Part shown: positions 38,400-49,806 of the stretch, in pieces | How positions within the stretch are numbered: position 1 is the stretch's first letter | Layout of the letters: every line of letters starts with the position of its first letter | Source: Octopus sinensis | Lineage: Eukaryota | Assembly: GCF_006345805.1 (NCBI RefSeq) | Contig: NW_021834338.1 | Coordinates: 1 to 49,806 of the forward strand | DNA length: 49,806 nucleotides | Reading direction: 5' to 3' | Made by a program: the position numbers and the translations under genes | Notes under the pieces: model-generated | The model's database searches: none | What the model was told of the DNA's origin: nothing | The model's input: the letters and a program-made list of their open reading frames with translations, nothing else

Positions 38400-38700
38400 T
38401 GATGGCTGCCCCCTCGTTATCGAGTATGGCCATTGCACGAAGCTCAACTGTTATTGGTGCTGTGATCGAATGTGACTTTTCAGCCCAGCTAAAGATCTAC
38501 AATGTTTTGTACAGAATTGGCAGCTAAAACCTTTACTGGTAATAGCCGGCTGTAGTTGTAATTGGGCTTCATGTACCTTTGCATGTCGTTTAAGTCATCC
38601 TGCAGAATTGCACTCTCTTCCACATGCCTGACAGATATGATTAGTATGGTGTGTAACACAACCCCAGTGGCCAGGTTGTCACTCATCTGTCTCGCTTTAT
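38400..38700 (-). mobile_element. Very degenerate LINE remnant with a putative 3' tail
   Basis: VEESAILQDDLNDMQR resembles the post-YADD LQ.DL RT motif; the end near 38400-38450 is shared with 46583-46632. Confidence 0.35.
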
Positions 38701-38732
38701 GACTACATATATACATACATATACACACACAC

Positions 38733-38830
<98 letters not shown>

Positions 38831-40186
38831 CAACATAATGTTTAAGCTTCAACCTGGTTTACATTTTTCGGACTGAATCTTATATCCTCATAAATTTACA
38901 TGAAACAACTATAGTTAATTAGAGGTCACTACCGTCCATAATGTATACTGATAGTAGTCTTGACTTCCATGAAGCAGAATTTATATAAAACCCAAAGTAA
39001 ACATAGAACGTGCATGCATATGAAACATGAAAACAGGCAAGCATGCGCACACTTATTGCATAGAATCATGTGTTTATGAGTGCATATATCTTTTTGCCTG
39101 TATGTATTTAAGCAATTATATAATAGATGGAGCGGGAAATAGGAACAAAATCCAGGGTTTTATTTCTGTAAGAGTAAATCATTATTATAAAAAGTATATC
39201 GTAATTGATTTTTTTTAGAATTGGACTAGATGCGAATTAGTAAAGTCTACACTCTGGAAATACGCATGACGGAAACACGTGGTGTATCAATTCGAGAATT
39301 TTGTACAATTTGCCCATAAATTACATCTTTCGTTATTTAAGTATGTTCGTCTTTTCATTGAGTCATCCGTGTATTTCACGTAAGGATGGTTTAACCACAA
39401 GGTTAAAATATTAATTATTATTATAACTTCATTTACATTCTGCTGATAATATACGTAATGTCACGAACTTTAACTCTCTTGTTAATTAATATATTCGTGT
39501 ACGTGTGCCTTAATTACTAGGCGGAATGTATATATATATGATGTTTATTATTATCGTTCCTCCATAAGGACATAGCTAAATAGTTAACCAATCAATGATT
39601 CAACAAACATAATGTCGCACGAAATACAGGACTTAACATGAAATCTCACTCAAATCAAAATGCATTTTCTTAAAACTGGAAGGATGTATTAGATAATGTC
39701 ATTTTGGATTTTCCTTATAAGTGACGATATGGTACTGTAGGTAGAAATGCCTTCGATCACAGATAATTTCCATATGTATCCAAGGTGACTTGGGGTTAAA
39801 CAACGCAGAAACAGCAACGTAAGCAACAACAGAATACACAGATGCAACAAGGACAGGTAACTAATATATGTCATGCAGTGATGCAGAATTACATACTAAC
39901 ACCGCGAATATAACGGGAAATAGATATTCGATCATTGTTATACGTATGGGAAATTTGACCAAATAAACGTATGATCGCGGCGTTGCATCTGCGATCATCC
40001 TACCTTTTCCAATTTATTAAAATACCTTTCGTTCTCTCAAGTGATTATACAATTTCAGGGGAACTATAACGTCTGTTGTTAGTTGTACATGAGAGTACAT
40101 GATGTCATTTGCTACATGGTATTGTTACATCAGTTGGACAATTTATAATCCAAACACTTCTGGTGAGGTATATTTGCTTTCTACAG

Positions 40187-40241
40187 ACATAAATTATTAA
40201 GGATTATATCATCCAATGTTCTTTTCATTTTTTCATATAAG
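40187..40241 (+). other. Exon-like segment (55 nt, one open frame HKLLRIISSNVLFIFSYK)
   Basis: Acceptor tatttgctttctacag| and donor aag|gtacgt; phase-compatible with 25028-25072. Confidence 0.25.
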
Positions 40242-42111
40242 GTACGTTGGAATTTAATGCAGTCGTATTGCTGTTACTAGCAACCTTATCGACTACGCGC
40301 ATGCTCGCCGGTTACACAACATAGAGGTTAATATTAACGCAATAAAAGACCAAATGGAAACTGTGTTGCTGACAGGTTTAAATATTACAGAACTGTTGCA
40401 AATTTTAATACTACAATGGACATATTAGGGTTAATGTAAGCTACACGTGAACATGAAATATACAGATATAAATATATTGATGCAGATGTGGCTTGAGGTA
40501 GATAATAAGTAAATTGAAGTATATGAACAGCTTAGGTAATTAGAGGAAAATTACGAGTAGTCCTTGAAAGCAATAATGTTCTATAATATCAGAGTCACAT
40601 ATTCATGACTGGCGAATTCAATAGGGTTCTGACTGTTGTATCAACAGTCATAATATAGATTCTTCATATCATGCCGTCGCTGTGATGATGTGAATATAAT
40701 CAAACAAATGATTACACACCACTCTCACATCAGCAGCAAATACATGATGAAGGATAAAATAGTTCAGATTTGTACAAGGAATAAGTATCATGTTTGCTCG
40801 CATGTTTGTCGGTGTTGTGTTATGCTACAAGCAATAACATCATTGGCCTACATCCATTGATATCACACATTATTTCATTGTGAACTTGAAATGAATTATA
40901 GCAGACACAAACCATCATCTTCGATGGAATATATATCAATGTTTATATAGTATAGTATTGATTTGCCCTCCATTATTTTCTTATTACTGTATTGTTTATC
41001 TACCGTGGTTGTATGAAATATAAAAATGAACACACACTAGATTCTAACTATTATAGACTAAACACAGCCAGGATTATAGTTGATTTACGTCAGTAGAAGT
41101 TGAGATTAGGCCATTAGCGGTGTCAGTATCGTTAATTGGTACTAAACCTGTAATTGAAAGTACAACATGGGTTTAGTTTGTCAGAGGTTATCACATTATT
41201 TATGGTACTTGCTATTCGACATAAACATTTATTTGTTTCCTTAACCATTGGCACACTGCCAGGCATTTATAATGTCAGCGGTGTACTCAATTATATACCA
41301 AACGTTATTATTTCATTGGCACCTGAACTAACTATTGTATTCCGGTGCAAAGGCAAATAGGATTTAAAGTATTTTAAAGGATATCTCAAAATCGTATTTG
41401 TTTCCTCGCCTGTATCACTTCGTACCTTCTTATTTGAAAATAGTAATTCTTACATATCTGTATCTCATTCAGAAATAATAATAAAAGGCAAGATGCGATA
41501 TAGACCTGGCGATCCTCGCAAATAAATAATAAAGAATAACTATAAACCGACAATACCTTGTGTTAATTTACAGCAATGGTTCTATAACGGCGTCCTGCAA
41601 CAGGTATAGAAATCTAAGACGGTAAACATCAAAGCGAGTAGCATATTTTATACACCATTTAATTCCTTGAAAATTATATACTCGATACGTTCATAAACGT
41701 GAAATTTAAACTACGGCATACAGAAATAGTTTTAATCTAACAAGAAAAGCAGGAGTGTGCTACATTTTTCTCTGCATTTTGTTATTCTTGTTATAGTCTC
41801 AAGATTTTCATTTTAAATGAATAAATGTTCTTTTTTTCTTTTAAATTTCAATGCAAAACGGCCTAGTTTTTCTTTTTGTTTTTGTTTTATCTCCAGTACA
41901 TGGAGATCACTATTACTTTGAAATCATTAGTTTAGATTAGCATTTCTGCGTCGCTTTTTCTTTTCTTGCAATAATTATCCTTTTAGTGGTCTTTAATGTT
42001 GGTGCATGCAGTCAAATATTTATAACAAGGTTGTATTGTGTTCCTTAACTGAAAGCCGCTACTGAATGAAATGTTTATGGCATTGATATCTAGCTTTAGA
42101 ATTACGCTGAA

Positions 42112-42687
42112 CAGTTGGAAAATTGGGAGAATGGCTTCATGACTTTCTGAAGGATAGAAGTCAGGTGGTAGTAGCCAATAGGGCCACCTCCAATAACACG
42201 CAAATACATATATACATATATACATATAACACGCAAATAGTGAGCGGTGTTCCGCAAGGCACTGTTTTGGGACCACTACTGTTCATAATGGCCCTCTCAG
42301 ACATGCCCTCAGCCACGCAGAGAGCCACGATCACAAGTTATGCACATGATACAAAATTTTCACAGGCAATACAGAACCCTGAAGACACTAAGCACCTGCA
42401 ATGTGAGCTGGACAAAATTTACAAGTGGGCTGAAAAGAATAGCATGCAGTTCAATGCTGAAAAGTTTCAAGCTTTATGCTATCAGCATGCTAAACTAAAT
42501 GCAATACCCAATAAATACACTGGACCTGGAGGGATTGCAATCCCAGAGGCACAATCAGTGCGAGACCTGGTTATTTACATGAGTGATGATGCAACCTTTC
42601 ATGTGCATGTTGCTAAATTGGCAATGAAATGTAGGCGGCTGACCGGATGGATTCTTAGAACCTTTAGAACAAGAGACCAGGAAACCA
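42112..42687 (+). mobile_element. CR1-group LINE copy F (RT fragment, same subfamily as copy A)
   Basis: [66 protein letters not shown]; nearly colinear with 3335-3860. Confidence 0.93.
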
Positions 42688-43565
42688 GTTATCTAGTCAT
42701 GTATGTATCCCACTCTGAATCCATGTTTGGCTGTGGCTCCACGAAGACAAATATGTTTAATCAATGCTCTGTTTTTAAATGAATACTCTGAATATGTTAC
42801 ACCTGTGAAATATTGCTTCCCTTCAAATAACTGTTTACGATCATCTTTCATACAAAAGTGATTCGTTTGATTTCCCTTGAACGGCTATTGCATTTACTTT
42901 TTAATTATACATAGAAACAAAGTTTTAGTTGACACTTGAGTTCAGTAAATTTTCTCTAGAAAGGAGTAGAATTCTGTAAACTTAGGTGAATGTGTAGGCT
43001 TCAAAAATCAATACCTTTCATGAAATAGAAGAAACACTTTTAAAACATTGTGGGCACGTGACTGAAATCGAAAATCTCTTAAGATAAATTAATGATAAAA
43101 GCAAATAGAATAATATACTATGTATTATACTTGCCTTGTTCTGACCTCTAAACTGGGAAGTAACGTGAATATATTTATAGAACTTAAGGGATTCTCGCAA
43201 CACCCTATGCATACACATATATGTACACACTACGGTGAATAAATTGTCGTCGTAATTACGCCAAATTGAAAATAACAGACATCTCATTTTAACACATATA
43301 TTTACCAAAATAATACAAAACTATCTTGAAACACTAAAGGGTAAATTTATTCAATAAATTTGTATATATTTTGGGGACATGGCTCGCATAGAGACCCAGC
43401 GACAAATAGTATATGAACGCGACATAAATAAAGTTATGAAGAATGCTAATCAAGAGCATGGATTACAGAAAGGGACGGTACATTGACATTAACCTATGTT
43501 CTCTGAATTCTTTATAGATTTAGTTTGCTACAATCGAACAAACGCAATTTGAAACGTACCTTTAG

Positions 43566-43608
43566 ATATTCATGACAAAACTGCCTTCAACAGTTTTGTC
43601 ATGAATAT
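43566..43608. repeat. Perfect 18-bp inverted repeat with a 7-nt loop
   Basis: atattcatgacaaaactg ccttcaa cagttttgtcatgaatat. Confidence 0.95.
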
Positions 43609-43945
43609 GTATTTCTTGGTTCAAAATATCCTAAAATATTTTGCTACATCTTAATCTTACTGCTCTTGTGACCTTCAGAAGAAAGCCTGAATTTGAAATA
43701 GTAGCCAAATTCTTTGTATTTTCTTAAAACTTACTCACGCAATGCACTACGCTAGAAGCATATGTCTGAGCGTATAGCATTATAATAAACTTGTTTACGT
43801 ATGTAGGAGATTAATTTAAAGATAGAAAATCTAATAATATAATAAAACCCAAGATTATTTTCTGTTTCCTGCTTGTCTACATAATGACATTTAAAATTGG
43901 CATATTTTCGAAAACATATACATATATAATCACGTGTGTATATAC

Positions 43946-43990
<45 letters not shown>

Positions 43991-44375
43991 GGTCATAATA
44001 GCTATATGTGTAAATACATATATATATACATGCTTCTATATATACACGTGTATGTACATAGATATATACATGTATATATATATATATATATATGCGTGTA
44101 TACATACACACACACACATACACACATATATATCGCATGAAGTGCTTGAGCTTATTAATTAATTAATTATCTATATAATACGAGTTGGCGAGCTGTTGTA
44201 TAAAATTTCGAAAAATAATTAGTTTATTTCCCAGACAAATCAATAGACCTGTATTATGAGGCAAACGGAGAATTCATTTCAACTACGTCAAGTAACAAAT
44301 ATCGCAAAACGTAACAGTGATCATTTGCATGACTTATAAAAATGTTCAACACGTAGTTCTCCTTCTACCAGTAAC

Positions 44376-44494
<119 letters not shown>

Positions 44495-44824
44495 CACACT
44501 ACTATATAGGATGACGTTTTTTTTCTCTACAGAAAAGAATTCCATCAAGAAATGTAGCAGCATATTGAAATACCTTTACGGTTAAAATTATAAACAACTT
44601 ATAAGAAAGGGCTAAAGAAAATTATTTCACAGCCAATATGCTGATTTCCCACATATAATCTACTCGCTACATGTAAGTATCTTATTTATATTCTCTCGTA
44701 AGGTCTACTGAAGACGATTAAATCTTTTATGAGATTAATTCCGAAATTGATTCAATATAGAGATAACGAAATTTAAATATTCTAACGGGTAGCTTGCCCG
44801 ACTTCACTTCAATTTTTCTGTATA

Positions 44825-45450
44825 TAGCAGAAAAAACAAAAGAACCCCAGCAAGAACTATAAGGGCAAAGGCAGAAACATCTACAAATTCTACCTGAAAG
44901 GGGACTGCCGGTACGGCGTCGAAGGTGCCCGGACACGAGACAAAAATCCCTCCCTTAGGGAGAACAGAAACATAAAGAAAAATAAAAATATAAAAGAAGA
45001 AATAGCGCACTGACCACTCCTGAAAGACGATATGCGGATGTGGTGCGCGGTAACCCAACAAATGGCCAGCTTCAGCCAGATGTGAGAAGGGCAGCAGCTG
45101 AACAGCAATCATTTTTGTGCAAGGCACGGGAAATTGTTCAGCGGCTGTCCTGGCTACAAGTACAAAGCTGGAACTACCACCACATAAGGCCACCACCAAC
45201 AGATGCAGGATGGCCACCACAGACACCCAACACACACACCACAAAAATATTCTACTGCACGTAGGAAGGCGGCTGCGCGGCAACTGTAAAATGAAAATCT
45301 CATTCCAGAGAGACTTTGTGACATGCAATCAAGCTATATGCATGGCACTCATAGAAACGCATCTTGGACCCGATATAGGGAATGCAGAAATACACATACC
45401 GCAGTATGCAGTCATACGCTCAGAGAGAAAAGGGAGGAGCCAAATATTCT
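44825..45450 (+). mobile_element. CR1-group LINE 5' fragment G: ORF1 C-terminus overlapping the ORF2 APE N-terminus
   Basis: ORF1-like RRYADVVRG..QQSFL..WPPQTP ends at TAG 45262-45264. ORF2-like MATT..KNILLHV..AICMALIETHL..AEIHIPQYAVIRSERKGRS starts at ATG 45210 in the -1 frame and carries APE N-terminal motifs. Confidence 0.75.
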
Positions 45451-45594
45451 TCTCAAATACAGTGTCTTGTCGTACTTTCACTTATATTTGCTTTACAGAC
45501 AAAATTCACTTCTGATAATATCGATCTCTTGAAGGTCTTTTTAAACTTTAGGATAGACACATTAACACACGACTTCTTAGTTCGGCGCCATCTT

Positions 45595-45652
45595 GTATAT
45601 ATATATATATATATACACATTATATTATATACACATATATATATATATATAT

Positions 45653-45712
<60 letters not shown>

Positions 45713-45774
45713 GGTAATATAAGATATGTATAATACATATATATATGTATATATATAATATATATTATACATAA

Positions 45775-45805
<31 letters not shown>

Positions 45806-46582
45806 GCATACATACTTATATATATACATATATATATAATACATATATATATATACATATACATACACATACATATATATATATACATATACATACATAT
45901 ATATATATATATATACATATACATACATATATATATACATACATACATATACATACATACATACATAAAATATATATATATACATTTTATATATACATAC
46001 ATATATATATACATGCATATATGTATGTATATATATACATACATACATACATATATATGTATCTATATATATACATATATACATTATATATATATATATA
46101 ATATACATATATATATATATATCTATATATACTAATTAGATATATATTATATACACTATATTATATGCATACATACATATATATATATATCTATATACAT
46201 AATATATTATATAATAAAATTATACATATAGTATAATAGATATATAATATATCATAATTATATATATATAAATTATATAATATAATATATAATATACATA
46301 CATATATATATTACATACATATATATATATAAATTACATATTATATATAAATACATATATATATATACATTACATACTATATATAAACATATATACATAT
46401 ATAAATATATATATATAATGATATATATATATATATATAACATACATATATATATATATATACATACATACCATATATATATAATACATACTACATACAT
46501 TTATGTATATATATATATATATAGATATACATATATATATAATATACTATACATACATACACACATATATATATATATATAT
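45595..46582. repeat. ~1-kb degenerate (TA)n/(TACA)n tract
   Basis: Seen directly. Confidence 0.95.
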
Positions 46583-46699
46583 ATGGTGGCTTGCCCCCTC
46601 GTTAACGTTATTTTGGCCATTGCACAAGCTTAATCAATGTTGTATCGTGGCAATGCCTGTGCAGAAGATATTTTTTTAAGTGAGGAAAGGCTGTGCACT

Positions 46700-47127
46700 T
46701 GAGTCAATCCCACTCACTAAGCAACAGCAGCCATAACCGAAAAGAAAAACAAGTCAACTCATCGGTAACCACTGAGCCGCAGGTTTTATGTCGGGGTTAT
46801 CCCAGTTCCTGAGTTGCCTTCTCCTAGAAGTATGCCCTGACGAAGGCTAGGAGTCCTTCACTCCCAATGGTTTAACCGCGCGGAACGGGTATACAGTCGG
46901 ATGTTTTCTAGTCCCCGCGCATGATTCAGCTTTAAGAAATTTATTGGATGGCCGTTGACTCTCAAGAATTCCTCTGCTCTTTGACGGGCTTGTTTTTCTC
47001 CCGCAGGTGACCAATACAACAGCCTCCTCACAAGCGAATTGGGTGGGGTTGCCGCTTTAGTCGCCGACGACCCGACCATGAAACGGTAGTACTGGGTTAC
47101 ATGTTACCAGTAGCACTCGAAAGTCAC
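46700..47127 (-). mobile_element. Probable RTE-clade LINE 5' UTR remnant
   Basis: Minus strand ctagccttcgtcagggcatacttctaggagaaggcaactc resembles the TAGCCTTGG..CTAGGAGAAGG motif of RTE 5' regions as I recall it; GC-rich island between microsatellites. Confidence 0.45.
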
Positions 47128-47291
47128 GTGACATATATATATTATAATATAATCATATATATATATATATATATTACATGTACATACATACATACCTACA
47201 TACAAATATACATACATAATATATACATGCATACATATATACATACATATATATATATATATCCATATATATATATATATATATGTATATG

Positions 47292-47455
47292 TAGGCAGAC
47301 TTCTTGTAATTTACGTCTACCAAATCCACTCACAAGTCTTTGATCGGCCCGTGGCTATAGAAGAAGACACTTGCTCAAGGTGACACGCAGTGAGACCGAA
47401 CACTGAACCATGTAGTTTGAAAGCAAGCTACTTAACACACAGCCACTCCTGCGCC
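47292..47455 (-). mobile_element. tRNA-derived SINE 5' half
   Basis: Minus strand aggcgcaggagtggctgtgtgttaagtagc (A-box), ggttcagtgttcggtctc (B-box region), ccttgagcaagtgtctt (CORE/V-like domain); runs into a TA tract. Confidence 0.8.
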
Positions 47456-47554
47456 TGTGGAGCTGTTTGAAAAGAGTCAGAGATATAGGAGTGGCATTTG
47501 CAATGGATAGGGTGAGAGGAGTGAAGGTGTGGGAAGTGGAAGCTGATGGCTTTT

Positions 47555-47596
47555 CGGGCAAATATCAGGCTTAACTTTGCCCGTCGAGTAGCTAGT
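47555..47596 (+). mobile_element. Possible Helitron 3' terminus
   Basis: 8-bp stem cgggcaaa/tttgcccg followed 8 nt later by CTAG|T. Confidence 0.3.
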
Positions 47597-48389
47597 TGTA
47601 ATTTAATTTTAAAATCCAAGGACGGCAGGGGACGGTTGAAATATTAGCAGTAGCTTAAATCTAAGATTACAAGATTGCGTCGTAGGGTGCACGCGCGTGT
47701 ATTCTGTGCGTCCGGATGATATAGTAGATGAGTACGCGTCCGTTGGTACTTGTATATTAGCATGTGTATGGGATGAGTGTGGAGATAGAAAAGTTAAAGG
47801 ATAAGGAAAATAGGTGAGGAATATAAAAAAAATATAAAATAAAAGTTTAGAAAATATAATGATAGTTAAGAAGTTGTTCAATGTAAAGATATACACGGAG
47901 AAGTATCAGTAGTGGGTAGGGGAGGTAATTAAGGGCTGATTTGGGGATGGGTTATGGAGAGAATGAATTACATAATTTGTTTCGACAAGTAAAAGTTATG
48001 TTGTCCTGTTCGCTTATATTTGATTAAGCGCTGAAGCTTTTTGAAACGTTTATCTTTCGGTTCAACTTCCTGATTATTTATATGATTGTAGTGAACAACT
48101 ATCATCAATATAATAACTTGAAATTCTCAGACTCACATCAAAGTACATTTGCGTAAAAATGCGAAAGCATGTAGTAAGATGTGTTAAATGTTTCTCATAC
48201 ATATCCTTCGTAAAATCTAATTTTCTTCTCCTTTTGTAAGTGTTAATTGCTCTGATATTGCTGTCTGATTATTATAGCCATGAAGTACAATTAAGCAAAG
48301 AAATTGATGCATATATATATACATAAATGCATACATACACATATATATATATACATATAAATATATATATACATACATATATATATACA

Positions 48390-48985
48390 TATCATCATTG
48401 TTCGACCGTGGTCGAGACAATGTAATTTACTATGTTACGCCAGACTTCACGGTCCATCATAGCATTACGGAGGTCCTGTTGCTGGATGCCTGTATCCTGG
48501 AGATTACATCACAGGGTAGGAGAGTGTGCGCCCTCTGGTTATTGCGAGTAGATGGCTTCCAGAGGAGAAGAGTAGAAATTACTTCTTTTTCAGCTCTACA
48601 ACAATGTCCAGCAAACTGGACTCTCCTACCTTTCACAAGAGATGACACGGTGGTAATTTCCCATATATTTGCATTTGGTTGGATGGCGCTTCCACGAGAG
48701 ATTTTGGGCTCTGATAAGGAGGCGAGTGTAGGTTCCATCCAACCGCCTCTCAACTTCTTTGATAACGTCCAGGTTTCTGAGCCATATAGTAGAATTGGTT
48801 CGACTGTCGCTTTGAATATTTCAAGTTTGAAGTCTCTACTTAGATTTGATGACTCAGATCTTATGATGTCATTACAGGCTGACCAGGCCCATACCCTTTC
48901 TAGTTAGAAAGTCTTTCAGATGATGATATGTATGACCCAAGATATTTATAATCAGAACCATATTTAAAGGCGCACTGTTGAGAGT
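48390..48985 (-). mobile_element. RTE-clade LINE 3' fragment
   Basis: YKYLGSYI, KLEIFKATVEPILLYGSETWTLSKK, RRVQFAGHCCRAEKEVISTLLLWKP; ends in a short (tga)n tail near 48390. Confidence 0.88.
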
Positions 48986-49162
48986 AGATATCCGGCAGGG
49001 GTGGTGATCCCTGCTGTACTCTTTCACCACTCTTTCTCCCACTCTTTCTTCTGTTGGCCTGTGTTTTCGCTCAATAAACATTCACAACGCGCGGTCTGGG
49101 AATCGAAACCGCGATCCTACGACCGCGAGTCGGCTGCCCTAACCACTGGGCCATTGCGCCTC

Positions 49163-49164
<2 letters not shown>
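48983..49164 (-). mobile_element. tRNA-derived SINE head, apparently with an inverted body segment
   Basis: Minus strand gtggaggcgcaatggcccagtggttaggg (A-box) and ggtttcgattccc (B-box). The body orientation is judged from a recalled consensus. Confidence 0.75.
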
Positions 49165-49195
<31 letters not shown>

Positions 49196-49286
49196 GATAT
49201 ATATATATATATATACATAAATATATATATCATATAATATTATATATATATATATACATAATGCAATATTATATATATATATATAT

Positions 49287-49328
49287 ACTAGCATTAACGA
49301 CCCGTCGTTGTCGGGTCATAGTGCTAGT
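49287..49328. mobile_element. Helitron-like terminus readable on both strands
   Basis: actagca ttaac gacccg tcgttgt cgggtc atag tgctagt: a GC hairpin followed by CTAG|T in either direction. Confidence 0.5.
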
Positions 49329-49806
49329 GCATGTATATTGTTATAATATGTGTACATATTACATGTACATCTATCTATAATACATCTACACATAAAATGC
49401 AAACTACAAGTTATATCTTGATATCGCTCGTGATAACAATACAAAAAATATATAACGGACTGGAATTGTTAGCCCGTCTCTTGTAATTTCGATCAATTGT
49501 ATCTTGTCCTCCCTCTGTATAGAAGTGTGGCTACAATCCAGCCTACCTCTACTTCTGGGGTACATTTTAAATTTTCATCCGAGACATTGGACGTCCCAGA
49601 TATAAAGGTAAAAATAAAATTTTCCACTTTGCAAGTTCGAGTCGAGTACTTCCTTGCACGCTCTCCGTTGACTCGAACCTTGCTTCTATTGTGGCGAATT
49701 TACAGCCTCTGATTAGATACCTTCATAGTCGCACCATAGTCCACGTGTTCAAATCCTTTTTCTCTACATTGTATACTTTATAGACAATAGTCTCTTCTTT
49801 AATTTA

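Noticed and set aside
45483-45507. Acceptor-like sequence resembling 40169-40196 (tatatttgcttt..acagaca)
   Set aside because: Similarity is short, AT-rich and largely explained by acceptor consensus; the downstream donor is weak.
47030-47127. Possible HDV-like ribozyme in the RTE 5' region (P4-like stem followed by ctaa)
   Set aside because: I could not fit P1, P3 and P1.1 with the required spacing; a covariance-model search would be needed.

Overview
AT-rich, repeat-dominated eukaryotic DNA; no prokaryotic gene structure, CRISPR array, rRNA or genuine tRNA gene is visible. The very long (TA)n/(TATC)n/(AAT)n tracts and the tRNA-derived SINE families resemble octopus (coleoid cephalopod) repeats as I recall them; this species call is an inference, not a search result. 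Most of the window is microsatellite or transposon debris. There are seven fragments of a CR1-group LINE (ORF1, APE endonuclease, RT, 3' tail), RTE-clade LINE pieces, four SINE pieces, Penelope-like remnants, two mariner transposase remnants, a Tc1/mariner MITE nested in a hAT MITE, and Helitron-like termini. Almost all long ORFs in the supplied track are artefacts of microsatellites or antisense LINE. No complete host gene can be called. The best host-coding candidate is a 177-nt symmetric exon on the minus strand (13078-13254). The most interesting observations are: ~20-nt TA(CA) filler at several LINE rearrangement junctions, one flanked by a 13-bp duplication; a twin-priming-type 5' inversion in a CR1-type LINE; a SINE and LINE sharing a 3' double hairpin with compensatory changes; a CCCH-like ORF1; and several near-perfect hairpins, two lying just downstream of look-alike splice donors. 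Element boundaries are read by eye and are approximate unless sequence is quoted.
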